A stretch of DNA of 60,231 nucleotides, filler included, from Sphacelaria rigidula (Eukaryota): the NCBI GenBank assembly GCA_964200075.2. It is 4 parts of 4 records of this genome, joined end to end, with 100 filler letters (N's around TTAATTAATTAA, not from the genome) between each part and the next. Parts side by side here need not be neighbours in the genome. Positions count along the whole stretch, not along the records: positions 15,086 to 30,068 come from CAXNAA020001965.1; positions 30,169 to 45,150 come from CAXNAA020001966.1; 2 more parts are not named here. One strand, written 5' to 3'. The notes beneath the pieces were generated by a model. That model was given only the letters and a program-made list of their open reading frames with translations, did not search any database and was not told the DNA's origin. Below, piece by piece: positions 23,021 to 34,329 of the stretch (position 1 is the stretch's first letter; the number at the start of each line of letters is the position of its first letter). The position numbers and the translations under genes are program-made.

Positions 23021-25239
23021 AGGAGAGGAGGGAGGAGATGGAAAAGTACGTAACCAGCTTGTACCGAACTGAAAAATGGCGGAACTGGCAGGACCCCCAT
23101 CATCTCCCCTTGTAATATTTTTCTACTGATTGCCGACTCCACTGCACCCCTCCCCCCGAGGTGGTGCTTGTTGTTATGTGGTGCTCTTCATATTATGCCT
23201 AGTATATTCGTAAGCATAGCTATCCCTCGAGGTATAAGGTTAGAACCCTGCGACTCATATCGCTTTGGCTGGTGATCGTGGCTCTCAAGTTTGGCCTCCT
23301 TCCTGTTTGGCCTCGCGTGTTGAGTGGGCTAATGGGCCCTGCCTCCAGTAGCCCGAATGGTCGCATATGACATCGTAACTTAGAGGGCTAGCAGTAGTCC
23401 TTTTTCTTTCCTTTCGTTTATTATTCAATATTTTGATTTGATTTGATTTGATTTGATTTGATTTGAATTTATATTTATTTTTTTATTTTTTGTATCGCAT
23501 CTGTGTGAATTGTTTCTGGGTCCGATTTTTTTTTTTTTACCCTAGCTTGGGGTAGTTAGCCTGCGACCACCGAAGGCGTCCGCATCAGATGCCCAGTACA
23601 GAGTACTGCGCAGATATCGGAACGGTTTTTAGTGTGAAGACGACGACGACGATGACGACAACAACAACAACAATGTATAAGTCCAGCGAGTGGAATACTT
23701 GTCCGTGTTCGTCCCATGTGCCTTGCATCGACATCATAACAGCTGCAATACACTCACACAGTCCGTAGCCATCGTTCAAGCCATCGCACGGTGGAAACCT
23801 CCCGGCGGCGGGCGCGAATCGCGCCCGATACTCACGGTGCCAAGAAATATCACTGCACCCGACTGAACTTGGACATAGCTTTGGTAAAAAAACACGACTC
23901 AGGCAACTTGGACATGAGCTATGTTGACTGGAGGCTGGGTGTCATGGGAGCACTTGATCATGTGCTTGCGATTGATAGCGGCCGCGGTGCAGACAAGAAC
24001 GCCAACAGGTGATTGCCACCATATTAGTACATTTCACCCGCAATATTCCGCGATTCACTCAGGTTGTAGGCAGGATGCATCTACAGTGTTCATGGAACTA
24101 CTGTAGAAATGTAGACGCTGCTCAGCTGGCTCGAGTCGTACGTCATCAAGGTCAAGACTGTTGCTATTATACCAATTTTATACACGCCTCATGTACATTG
24201 TCCACTGCTCGGGTACCTGGGGCTGTTGGGTACGAAGTGCGGATAACGCATACCAGCCGCAACCCGTGTAAGGTGGCTCCATGAGTCCACTTTCTTCTCG
24301 TGGCACGGCCGGTGTCCTGGACACACAACCAGTGGATCGATTTCACACAGCTGAAGGAGCTGTGAGGAAGGTTATTGATGTATCTGTAGTCCCCAACACT
24401 ACGGCACCGTGATGCGGCTACCGTACTTTAGCGGGGCACCGTATAAAGCCAAAATTTGTTGCTCAAGTCGCGACTTGTACATGGCTATTCACAATAGTCC
24501 AGTCGGATGGTGGTATTTTTTGGCACTCTCTGCAGCAGGCGCGTTTTTCGTCCGCTACGAGGCCGTTTGCACCGTGCGATGGCTCGAACGATAGCTACGG
24601 ACTGTGTGAATGTATTGCAGCTGCTGTGGTGTCGATGCAAGGCACATAGGACGAACGCAGGTAGGTAGTCGAACCTCAGCTGGACTCGTACATACCTATC
24701 TACAAGTCGCGACTGGTAAATAGCATTTCCCTAAATAATACGAAGTAATAATAGTGCCCTTGCACGAGGAGAACGCGTCGAGAATCACGCTTGAGATGAG
24801 GAGTGATAACGCGAGATGATAACGCGAGTGTTGTTGTCGTCCTTTGAACTCTCCATCTGGACACCCATGTGTTGACGTCATAACACGTTGGCGTATCTAC
24901 AGTAATACAAGATTGTTTGCACTCAAGATCCGTGCAACTCTGTGTCCAGTCAGGCTGGTTGGCTGGCGATAGTTGGTCTGTGTTTGTGCGCGTGTGAGGT
25001 GTGTTGTGGGAGTGCGTGCCGTGGTCTGCTCCATCTGTCGGCTCTTTTGTGCGCGGGTGGGTTCAAAATGGTGTGCCCGCTCTCTTCTGCGCGGGTGGAT
25101 TCGAAAATGGTGTCGCTTGGACCGGCGGGTCTACACTATTGTTCGGTTCACACAGGCTCATACTTACGCATCAACTCAGACCTCCCCTGCGACGTTTCCT
25201 CCCCAATCCTCTTTGTGCTAATTTTTCTCTTGCTCTTAA

Positions 25240-25665
25240 CACGTGATTTTCAAAATTGGTGATGGATATTTTATTGGGGATGAGAACCCGGAGGATTAAA
25301 ATGGTCGTATCCACACCAAATCTTCGAAATACGATTTCATTTCTTCACTTGCTGGTAGCTATTAACAACTACTACACGCCATACAAATTTGGATCTCGAT
25401 AACCGGAATGTTGGGGTCCTAGGTGAAAACCAATTTGGGGGTCCGATCGGATCACCAACATTGCCCAAAATTGTTTTTTTACCTAGGACCCCAACATTTC
25501 GGTAATCGAAATCCAACTTTTCATGAAGTGAAGTAGCTGTTAATAGCTACCAGCAAGTGAAGAAATGGAACCATGTTTCGGAGATTTGGTGTGGATATAA
25601 AGATTTTAATGCTCCGAGTTCTCAACCTCAATAAAAGATGCATCCACAATTTGTAAAATCACGTG
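25240..25665. mobile_element. 426-bp palindromic MITE, CACGTG termini
   Basis: ~200-bp imperfect inverted arms (e.g. TTGCTGGTAGCTATTAACA / TGTTAATAGCTACCAGCAA); right arm repeated at ~30508-30617. Confidence 0.88.
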
Positions 25666-26167
25666 TTTTTTGTCGAGGACAGAGGGTTGATCGGGAGACT
25701 CCTTTGAGAGGGCGACTTTGACACCCCAGTTCTCCTCGGCGACGTGTGCTTCGGATTGAAATGCAATCGGATGTACAGCAACCTCCGTTTTTTCAGGGTA
25801 CGCACCACGATGGGAACACACACATACACATCACTTTTTTCTTTAGCTTTTGACGGGAAGCTTGAGAAGCACTTGAAAAGCGGTCCAACCCCAAAATGTG
25901 TCGACGGTGTGTTGGTGGGTACGGCGTCTGAAGAGGGGAGGGTCACCTTAACCCTTAGCCCGCGATATAGGTAGTTCGTGTGGATCGCATATACTTTTTT
26001 CAAGTGAAGTTGATGCCGATTTCGCAGGTGACCTACCCTCGCGGTCAATGGGTCAGCGCACAATTTCAGCACGTCAAGGATGTAGACTAAAATCAAGTGC
26101 ATCTAAGGAAAAAAACGAGTGATCTATCGTCGGTAAAATGTTGTCGGAGAGCCCGAACACTCTTCGG

Positions 26168-26205
<38 letters not shown>

Positions 26206-26634
26206 CTGGTCCGACGAGAATCCGGCGTGCTCCGTCCCAGCTTTGTAGGGGTGGACCCCCGATGGGGTTGGCGTTGGTTGGCGATGACGCTGTAAAACAC
26301 GCCACTCACTGCGTACGCTAGGCACCCAGGTTACCGGTTTTGTTTTGCAAGCTCGCGTTTCTTTTCGGTAACCACGATGGTGGTCGAGCTAGATCGTTTT
26401 GTGCGGCGTGGGAGAACCTCCATTCCGCACAGTGGGGATGATCATACTACCTATATAGTGTTCAAATGGTGAGACACCCATGAGGCGATGTATAAGCCGT
26501 GGCTGTCTCTGGAAGTGGCCATCGCAGAAAAGGAAGCAACTCATTTTAGGCTGCCTTCCAAATACAGGATAATCAGTACACACGCGGCCATTTGGCTACC
26601 TCCAAAGTTCTTCCAGGTGAGTAAACTTTTCGCG

Positions 26635-26886
26635 CCTCCAGAGGAATTAAACGCCCCCGGAGGGGTGCGCGGCCCTCCAGAGGAGATATTTTTGTTCTTG
26701 TTTCCTCCAGAGGGATTATACGCCTCCGGAGGCTTAGTTTTGCCTCGGGAGAGCCACGCATACCCCCAAATTCCTCCGGAGGGGTACGCGGCCCTCCGGG
26801 TCGGTATAGTTTGGTTTCCTCCAGAGGGATTGAAGGCCTCCGGAGGCTTGTTCCCCCCTCTGGGGGGCCGCGCATCCCTGCGGAGG
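26635..26886. repeat. Array of ~10 palindromic CCTCC(A/G)GAGG motifs
   Basis: Motif at 26635, 26673, 26704, 26723, 26773, 26818, 26837 and variants; probably transposon subterminal repeats. Confidence 0.75.
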
Positions 26887-27015
26887 CATTTTGGGGGTTA
26901 GTCAAAGGGCCGCGTGTGTACGCTTCAGGCCGAACAATCTTAGCAGGATGCAGCTCACCTTTCATGCGACTCGCCGAACACACCATGGCGCTTCGCTCTT
27001 GATAATTGAGTGCGA

Positions 27016-27121
27016 GCCTGGTCCGGCGAAAACCCGGCGTGCTCCGCCCCGGTTTTGTAGGGATGCGAGGTCAATGGTCTTATGACTATCGCATGCATGA
27101 TGATTATGAGTACACCCCCCC
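27016..27121 (+). mobile_element. 3' tip of a non-LTR element ending ATGAGTACA-C7
   Basis: Homologous to 51967-52063 (reverse) and partly to 26205-26250. Confidence 0.75.
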
Positions 27122-28415
27122 GCGCGCGCGCGCCCATTAGCATCCCTAATGGTGAGGCCTCCTTTCTTCTTTCGTAGTGGTTACGGGTGCAGTAGCCGTG
27201 GGATTAGATTTTTTTTATCTTATATCGAAAAATTATGGTTATTGCCAGGATCGTTGGCTTGTTTTTCGCTTTGTTGCTCAAAATATCCACGCACCCCAGA
27301 CCGGCCGCGGGATACTTGATACTCGCGGCACTGCTACCACGTGCGTCAGCCGCGGCCTACCATTAGTTTTGTTTCATTACTCGACTGTACGAGTATCACA
27401 CACGAGTGCTTTCAAACATTTCTTGGGAATGAAACATTGACAAGCTGTGCTGTGCTCATGCTTAGGTCCAGTCGCTGAAGGCCTAAACGAAGGCGAGCAT
27501 GTTATACTTCGACTACTGACTGCTGTATTGCAGCTGCATGTGCCGGATGTTAAACGAAAATCGCCATCGTCTGTCAACAGTAGTTACATTACATTGCGCA
27601 CACGGTTAAAAACAAGTCGGGAGGCGTGCGGCCGAACGTTTGTCCATATACAGTAATAGTATCCAGCTAGATTCACAATACTATAGACAGTCAGTACAGT
27701 GCAGTGAAGTAGTACGACACACCTTGTCTCGAAAATTGCGAAGTCTGGTCAAGTCTAAACGCGACGAGTTCTTCGGAGCTTCCGCCGTCGTCATTCGTGA
27801 TTCTATTTACTTGCTTATCGTGACAGCCATTCGTCGGTATCCTTCCATGTTCTCGACGACGATGTTGTAGTGCCGAACAGTTCGCAATGTTGAGCCCCAG
27901 CATTGTTGGGTACACTTACATTCCGGTTTTGCATTTCGTGTCGCAAAGGGTGGGCCAAATCGCGACGGTTGGTGGACTAATCCATGGCGGTTTCGCCTCT
28001 GAATTTTGGGTCTACAAACATAAGCTGCTCAGGCCCGAAATCGAAGGACAATAGGCGCCTGGTCACATCGCAAACCAGGGAACTTACAAAAACAATTGAC
28101 ACAGGTATAATTCTCGGACTTTCTGACTGCCGTGAGTAAACAGCTCGTATTCATTTTCAAGTCACTAAAGTACCGTTTTCAAAGCGCATCTGGAGGGTTG
28201 AATGTGGTGAAAAGTACAGAATTCTATAAATCAGAAATACAAATACAAAGAAAATATTGATGATTCACCCTTCTTGTCTAATGACCAGATGTATTGCATA
28301 TACTGTGAGGAAACACACAGCAAGACCCGTCGGTAGCGCCACCAGCACGCAGACGACGCCGGTTCGACCTGGCGTTTTGCAGCCAAGCTGTCTCATTATC
28401 TCTCAAGTTAGCAAG

Positions 28416-28646
28416 ATGGCTTCTTCAGGGGAGGGGCTGAGTATTCCATTTACTCTGCCACCATTAGAAGAACACGATGCCATAGAACAGAACGTCTCAC
28501 CCGGTACTAGCCGAGCTTCAGGAAAGAGTGATGAGCAACAACCGAAGGGCAAGAAGAGGGGTAGAAAGAAGGGTAGCAAAAATGGAACGCAGAAGGCGGA
28601 GGCCCATGGCGTGACAGCTTCGGGCGTCAAGATCACGCGTACTAGG
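28416..28646 (+). CDS. Possible exon encoding an AT-hook-like basic motif (gene or transposon ORF fragment)
   Basis: MASSGEG...KGKKRGRKKGSKNG...TR followed by AG|GTGCG donor-like site; downstream exons not resolved. Confidence 0.35.
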
Positions 28647-29993
28647 TGCGAGTTTTGTACTCCCTTGGTTCTCGGCCATACCTTGCTGTCTACATGGCGT
28701 AAATATCCCTTCACCCTCTAGTAAAAGGTGGCGCGTCTATTGGGTTTCAACGAAATTGTCCACAGCACACTGTCCTTCCTTTTTGTTTTCTACACGTACT
28801 CTGTGTGTATGGGTGATCTAATTTCAAACGCGAATCGTGGGGAAACTCCGGTCTCCTGGTACCCTCTTGAGCCATGGGGACCGCGCCGCCGCAGGTATGT
28901 CCCAAAGCAACTTTACCGACAACTAGCATCTGGTACTAATGAAGACACAAGGCATTTCCATGGATGACGGTGCCGAGATTTATCGATCAGGGCATTTGTC
29001 CTTACGACGACGACGTACTTGTCGAGCCCATCGTCGTGTTGGAAAAACCTTCGCAACCCAGTGAGCAGCAGTTTGTTGGCGGCACCCCCTTCTTCGCTGA
29101 ACCGGCCCGTTGACTTCACTCCACTGACTGCACTGAACGTTGTATTGTACCGTACCGTACTGTTGGACAACAGACAATTTCGTGGGGTACAAAAATGATG
29201 CGTATCGCGTGTGGCTGTTTCGAATGCGATGTCACCATAGTACCTCTGTCAGCCTCTCTCCGTAGTTACTTTCTTGTGTGTTCAGCATATAGACCGCCAC
29301 CGGTCGGGATGTGGTACCGTACAGCTCCATGATCGCGAACAATGCAAAGGTAGGTGCGAGCAACAAGAAGTGTGCGCTCACGTCTCGTTCGTGTTATGGA
29401 CTCAGCTGATGGATGATGGATCAGCTTCCCTTCGGCATATCAGATTCTACGTTTTCGTAGATCCTCAACTGGATGCCGTATACAGAAGAGTGCCTCCAAC
29501 ATCTTCGTCTATCCTACAGTACTTTTATGCCAACTTCCACCCGTTACCTACTGCACAACTGCTACACGTCCGCTGGGGTACTGTCTGTACGGAGCGTACA
29601 TGATTGCGCTGCAAGTAAACTATTGATACGTTTTTATTGATACGTTTTTTCAACACCCGACTGGAATGTCTGGAAACACGACGGTTGAACGCTATCATTA
29701 TGTTCCCACCGAAGACTGACTGCCGCGGACGCTGAGCCGTACTAGTAGTATGTGGGTTTGTCGACGCGAGTAGTAGTAGTAGTGTGGAGCACGCATAATC
29801 TGATAAATAGCCTTGATGAGGAAAGAGTGAGTCCCTCATTCGGGACCAGATGGCTGCTATCTCAAAATACTATTGATTCTTGTCTAGGGGAACGGAATCA
29901 CAGAACCCAATCAGGAACGTGGCAAGAATGTGCCCTGCAACCGTCGGGTCAATTGACATCAAACCTTTCGAAGGTGTGTCGGGTAGGGTATGC

Positions 29994-30068
29994 TGTTGTT
30001 GTTGTTGTTGTTGTTGTTGTTGTCTTCACATTAAAAGTCGTTCCGATATCTGCGCGGTACATTGGTAC
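29994..30068 (-). mobile_element. 3' end of RTE-like LINE with (CAA)n tail, truncated by contig end
   Basis: Reverse homologue of 23596-23672 (GCGCAGATATCGGAACG...GTGAAGACAACAAC). Confidence 0.85.
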
Positions 30069-30168
30069 NNNNNNNNNNNNNNNNNNNNNNNNNNNNNNNN
30101 NNNNNNNNNNNNTTAATTAATTAANNNNNNNNNNNNNNNNNNNNNNNNNNNNNNNNNNNNNNNNNNNN
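30069..30168. other. Artificial contig linker
   Basis: N44-TTAATTAATTAA-N44. Confidence 0.99.
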
Positions 30169-30996
30169 TGGGATGACACAAATGTTGGCGTGGAAAACGA
30201 ATTTTGGGGATTTCCGGGTGTCCGAACGGGCGTAAAAATGGGTTATCGCAGGATAGGGGGGGGGGGGAATTTGATTGCACGAAAAAAGGCTTATGAGTGT
30301 TTCAGACGACCTGCCACATTCGCGATGCGCTTGTATTTGGTTCAAAACGGTATCAATCGTTATGAATGGGCGTTATTCATCTATAACAAGCTCGTTCGAG
30401 CAACCGTTGCTGATTTCAACGACGATCTGCCTCGGAATTTCGTGCAAGACGTGGCCCCAAATACCCCCCCCCCTCCGCCCCCTATCGTAGGATGACTCAA
30501 ATGGTTCCGAAGAAATGGAACCATACTTCAAAGATTTGGTGTGGATACGAAGATTTTAATTCTCCGGGGTTCTCATCCCGAATAGAAGATCCACCCCCAA
30601 TTTGTAAGATCCCGTGTTTGGTAGACACTGGACCGCAGGGTTTTTATGAGCTATGTCCATTCATATGCGAGGTATATTCCGCTAATGCAGCATCCCTACC
30701 ACGCCTCCAGCGGAAGGGTCGCTTCGAAGCACAGGCGTGTGGACGTACACTCGTGAGCAGTGTGTGGGATTTCTATTCAGCAGAAGCTGTTGAGAATTCA
30801 TCCTTTAGCCCAATTGGAACATGAACTGGGAGGCAAGATATTGAATTACTTTCAACATTTTTTTCTGCGCGTCAGCTGTTCGCAATAAATCTTTTTTTGC
30901 CCAATTTCCGGATGAAATGGAGGGTAAAGTGAATATTTATTTCGAGCTTCTCGTTCTGTTTAAATTTCAAATCTGCTAGTGTGCATAGGGTTTGTG

Positions 30997-31240
30997 CAGC
31001 AGAAATATCTGTTCGAAATAGATCCGTTTTTCGCCCAATTTAAATGGGCGAAAAAAGGGTCTATTTGAATAGGTTCTTTTGCTGTTCGAAATAAATCCGT
31101 TTTTTGCCCAAATAAATTGGGCGAGAAAAGGATCTGTTTTGAATAGCTTTTCCTGCTGCGCGAGATAAATTCTTTTTTGCCAGATTTATTTGGGCAAAAA
31201 ATATATATGTCGGACAGCAGGAGAAGCTATTCAAAATGAA
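30997..31240. repeat. Array of AT-rich hairpin repeats (~80-bp units)
   Basis: TTTT(C/T)GCCCAA..T....TGGGC(G/A)A.AAAA palindromes at ~31027, ~31100 and ~31173. Confidence 0.7.
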
Positions 31241-32934
31241 TTAATTTACAGATCTTGTACCAAAATAATTTGGAATTAAAAAAGAAATGGAATTTTCAAA
31301 ATTGGGAGGGTCTTTCCACAGGGTTGCTTGCAGGGTTTCGACAGAAACGCTATGCAAAATGCTAGTAGAGGTACTAGGGTTTGCAAATGCAATGCAGGGT
31401 TTCTCACAAATAACTGTGAAGAACCCTGTGCAGCACGTCCTACAGGGTGCTATCTGTCCACGTGTGTAGCAAATGCATCGCTGCTCGCGGCCAATGACGA
31501 CGGACGTGCGGACGTGTGGACATAAAAGTGCCTTACTCGGTTGCAAAAGGACCTCCTGTAGGCGGAAGGGGGGATGGCAGAGGACGGGCAATGGGGGACG
31601 TGGACTGGACACTTTGATCCTTTCGTTACAATAGCTGTAGGGTTATATCACTGTCGGCATATTACGGTCACCAAGAGCACGACGTGCTGTTACAGGGTGA
31701 AGTTTATCTCCGGAACACCAAGGCGGCTTAACGTGGTGGCGAGTAGCGATGTGGAACATGCCTACCCCCAAACGTTTGCCCTCTAGGGTGGTACAGGCGG
31801 TATGTTCCTCGATCACACGATACCCAAGCTGAGGCGGATCGCATAGGGGGGAGCGCAGCGAGCGCGGATTCAAGAGCCAGGCGTCCACCATGTGCTGATG
31901 TTTCCAGGCGTAGAGGTTGAAGAATTTGGGGATACTGCGAGTCCTTCGCTGGTAGGTGCGCAGCTGTTAGGGTTTCAATGTTCTCGTCTCCCGAAAAGGG
32001 GGGCATTCCGCAGCGACGCCTGTGGACTGAGTTGCTCGCGAGGATACATCTTGATTGCGGGTGTGTGATGATGTTCAATGTTCATTCAGCGGTATCGGCT
32101 TTTGAATACTCTACTGCTTTGTTGGGTCATTTCACGAAGACTGAGCTTTGCGGTCAGAGTTTCACGAAGCGGCATATAATTGCAGCAGAAAAGGACCACA
32201 GACGCGAACCACTCGCCAATTTTGTGTTATCGGGACAACACGCGGGGTAGATACCTGATGAAGTTGAGGCGCTCAGGACTGTGGTGGGTTCAAAATCCAT
32301 CACATCCTGAGGCTGTAAACACAATGCACAAATAGGATTAAATGGTTCGGTGTGCGATTCTTCACCAGAATGGTCATAATTGGTTGAACTCATCGATCAC
32401 AAGAAGACCTAACCCGCGAAACGACGTGCTCGCCCCCGAACTCTCCGAAAAAAAATTGCGAAAATGTCAGACGAGATTTCTCAATCGCGGCGGGTAAAAA
32501 CTCAATTTATGACTGGCTACCTGTTCCTTCCAAAAAAAAGAGTCTATTTTTTCGAGCTATTTTCCCCCCCGAAATTGGGAGAAACACTGCCGCGACACCA
32601 TCAGTACGGCTGTGCAGGGCTTGGGGACGTCTCTTCACAGCACTGCTCGCAGGGGGTAAAACAAATGCATCAAAAAAGGCCAGTGGGGATAGCTGCTGTC
32701 ATTCCCAAGACAGGGTTCACCGGAGGGGTTTGAAAAAACACTGTGAAGGACCCTCCACAGCGTGCTATCTATTTCCCCCCACAAGGCAGCTTACAGCGTG
32801 TCGAGAAAATGCTATGAAAAATAGTGCTGGTAGAGGTGTTAGATTTGGAAAAGCCTGTAGAAATGTTTTCATAGGAAATGTGCAAAACCCTGTACAGCGC
32901 GTCCCACAGGGTGCTATCTGCCCACGTGTAAGGA

Positions 32935-33016
32935 ACAAGCACAACAACAACAGTAAAAACAAGAACAACGAAAACAGCAGCACCACCCCCATCACAACCA
33001 CTACGACTACCACCAT

Positions 33017-33068
<52 letters not shown>
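32935..33068. repeat. (CAA)n microsatellite
   Basis: Pure ACA run 33018-33068 with a degenerate upstream part. Confidence 0.95.
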
Positions 33069-33184
33069 TATTTGTTTGACGTTGATGCCACCCGCGCATT
33101 ATCCGCCCCAACCTCTGCATGATCGATCGCCAGAGTTCGGTGGAACGACGACCCCTCCCCCCTTCCCCCCCCCCCCCCTCCCCA

Positions 33185-34329
33185 CAGCGCGCGCCGGGTC
33201 CAGTTCGGTCAAGCACTTTTCCAACTGATTCACCGTATAGGCTACCTGCACATCCTCCGTCACCGGCCTTGTTTCCTTGATCGCCCGTGCTCACCCGAAT
33301 CGCGACTCCGCCTCGCCCGCCCGATCCAGTTGTATCAAACGTCTTACCAGCCTTTGAAGCCCATGGGCTACCCGTACATCCTCCGCCCCCCACGTTGCCT
33401 CTTCCACCGCCAACGCTCCTTGCCACAACGACTCCGCTTCCCTAGCCCGGTTCGACTGTGTCGACCGCCTGGCCAATACATGTAACCTGTAGGTCATCAG
33501 CACATCATTTAGCCCTAGCTTTGCCTCTTCGATCACCAGCGCCCACTCGAACAGCCCTGCCCGGTCTAGTTTAGACAAATATTTTCCCAGCTCATACACC
33601 AAATTGGCCACCAGCACATCCGTCGTCCCCGACCTCGCCTCCTCGATCGCCACAGCTCACCCGAACCGCGGCTCCGCTTCCCCCGCCCGGTACAGTTGCG
33701 TTATATATCCGACCAACGCTTGTAGCACATACGCTCCCTGCACATCATCTATCCCCAACCTCACCTCCTTGGTGGCCAGTGCCCGCTGGCACAACAACTT
33801 CACCTCCACCGCCCGGTATAGTTACGTCAAACATACGGCCACTTCATACACCGTAGGAGCTACCTGTACATCTCCCGTCCCAAGCCTCGCCTCCATGATC
33901 ACTGGAGCGCGCTGGAACAGCGCCTCCACCCCGCTCCGCCCGGTACAATTGACTCGAACAAATGGGCAGTTCATTTAACGTATAAGCTATCATTACATCT
34001 TCTATCCCCAGCCTTGCCTCTTCCATCGCCAGCGCCGGCTGTAACAACGCCTCCACCTCCCCAGCCCGGTACAGTTGATTAAAACGAACGGCCAATGCTC
34101 GTGGGAGCGTATGTGCGACCTACACACCCTCTGCCTTCAACTTCACCTCCTCGATTGCCAAAGCTCGCCGGAGCAGTGCCTCTGCCTTCCCCTCCCGGAA
34201 TAGGTGAGTAGATAACCTGGCCAATTCATAGAGCGTATGTGCTACCTGCGCATCCCCTGTCTCCAGCCTCGCGTCCTCGACCGCCAGCACCCGCCAGAAC
34301 AACAACTTCGCCTCCGTTGCCCGGTACAG
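33185..34329 (-). pseudogene. Degraded continuation of the 42-aa TPR array (~9 repeats) beyond the first stop
   Basis: 126-bp periodic repeats VAxTLxELAxCLxQLxRAGEAExLxxRALAIEEARLG in ORF pieces 34120-34305, 33844-34095 and 33291-33653, with in-frame stops and frameshifts. Confidence 0.9.

Larger units (their letters stand above)
20886..23672 (+). mobile_element. 5'-truncated RTE-like LINE with (CAA)n tail
   Basis: Non-LTR RT ORF, no endonuclease present, long 3' UTR ending GTGTGAAGACGACG...ACAACAACAACAA. Confidence 0.9.
20574..24731. mobile_element. Mutator-like (MULE) non-autonomous element with ~280-bp TIRs, containing an RTE LINE
   Basis: GGGAAAGGCTATTCACC... / ...GGTAAATAGCATTTCCC; arms ~20574-20870 and ~24460-24731; 9-bp flanks TAAAAAATA / TAAATAATA. 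Confidence 0.82.

Noticed and set aside
32730..33122. Poly-Thr / poly-Val ORFs
   Set aside because: Translations of the (CAA)n microsatellite.
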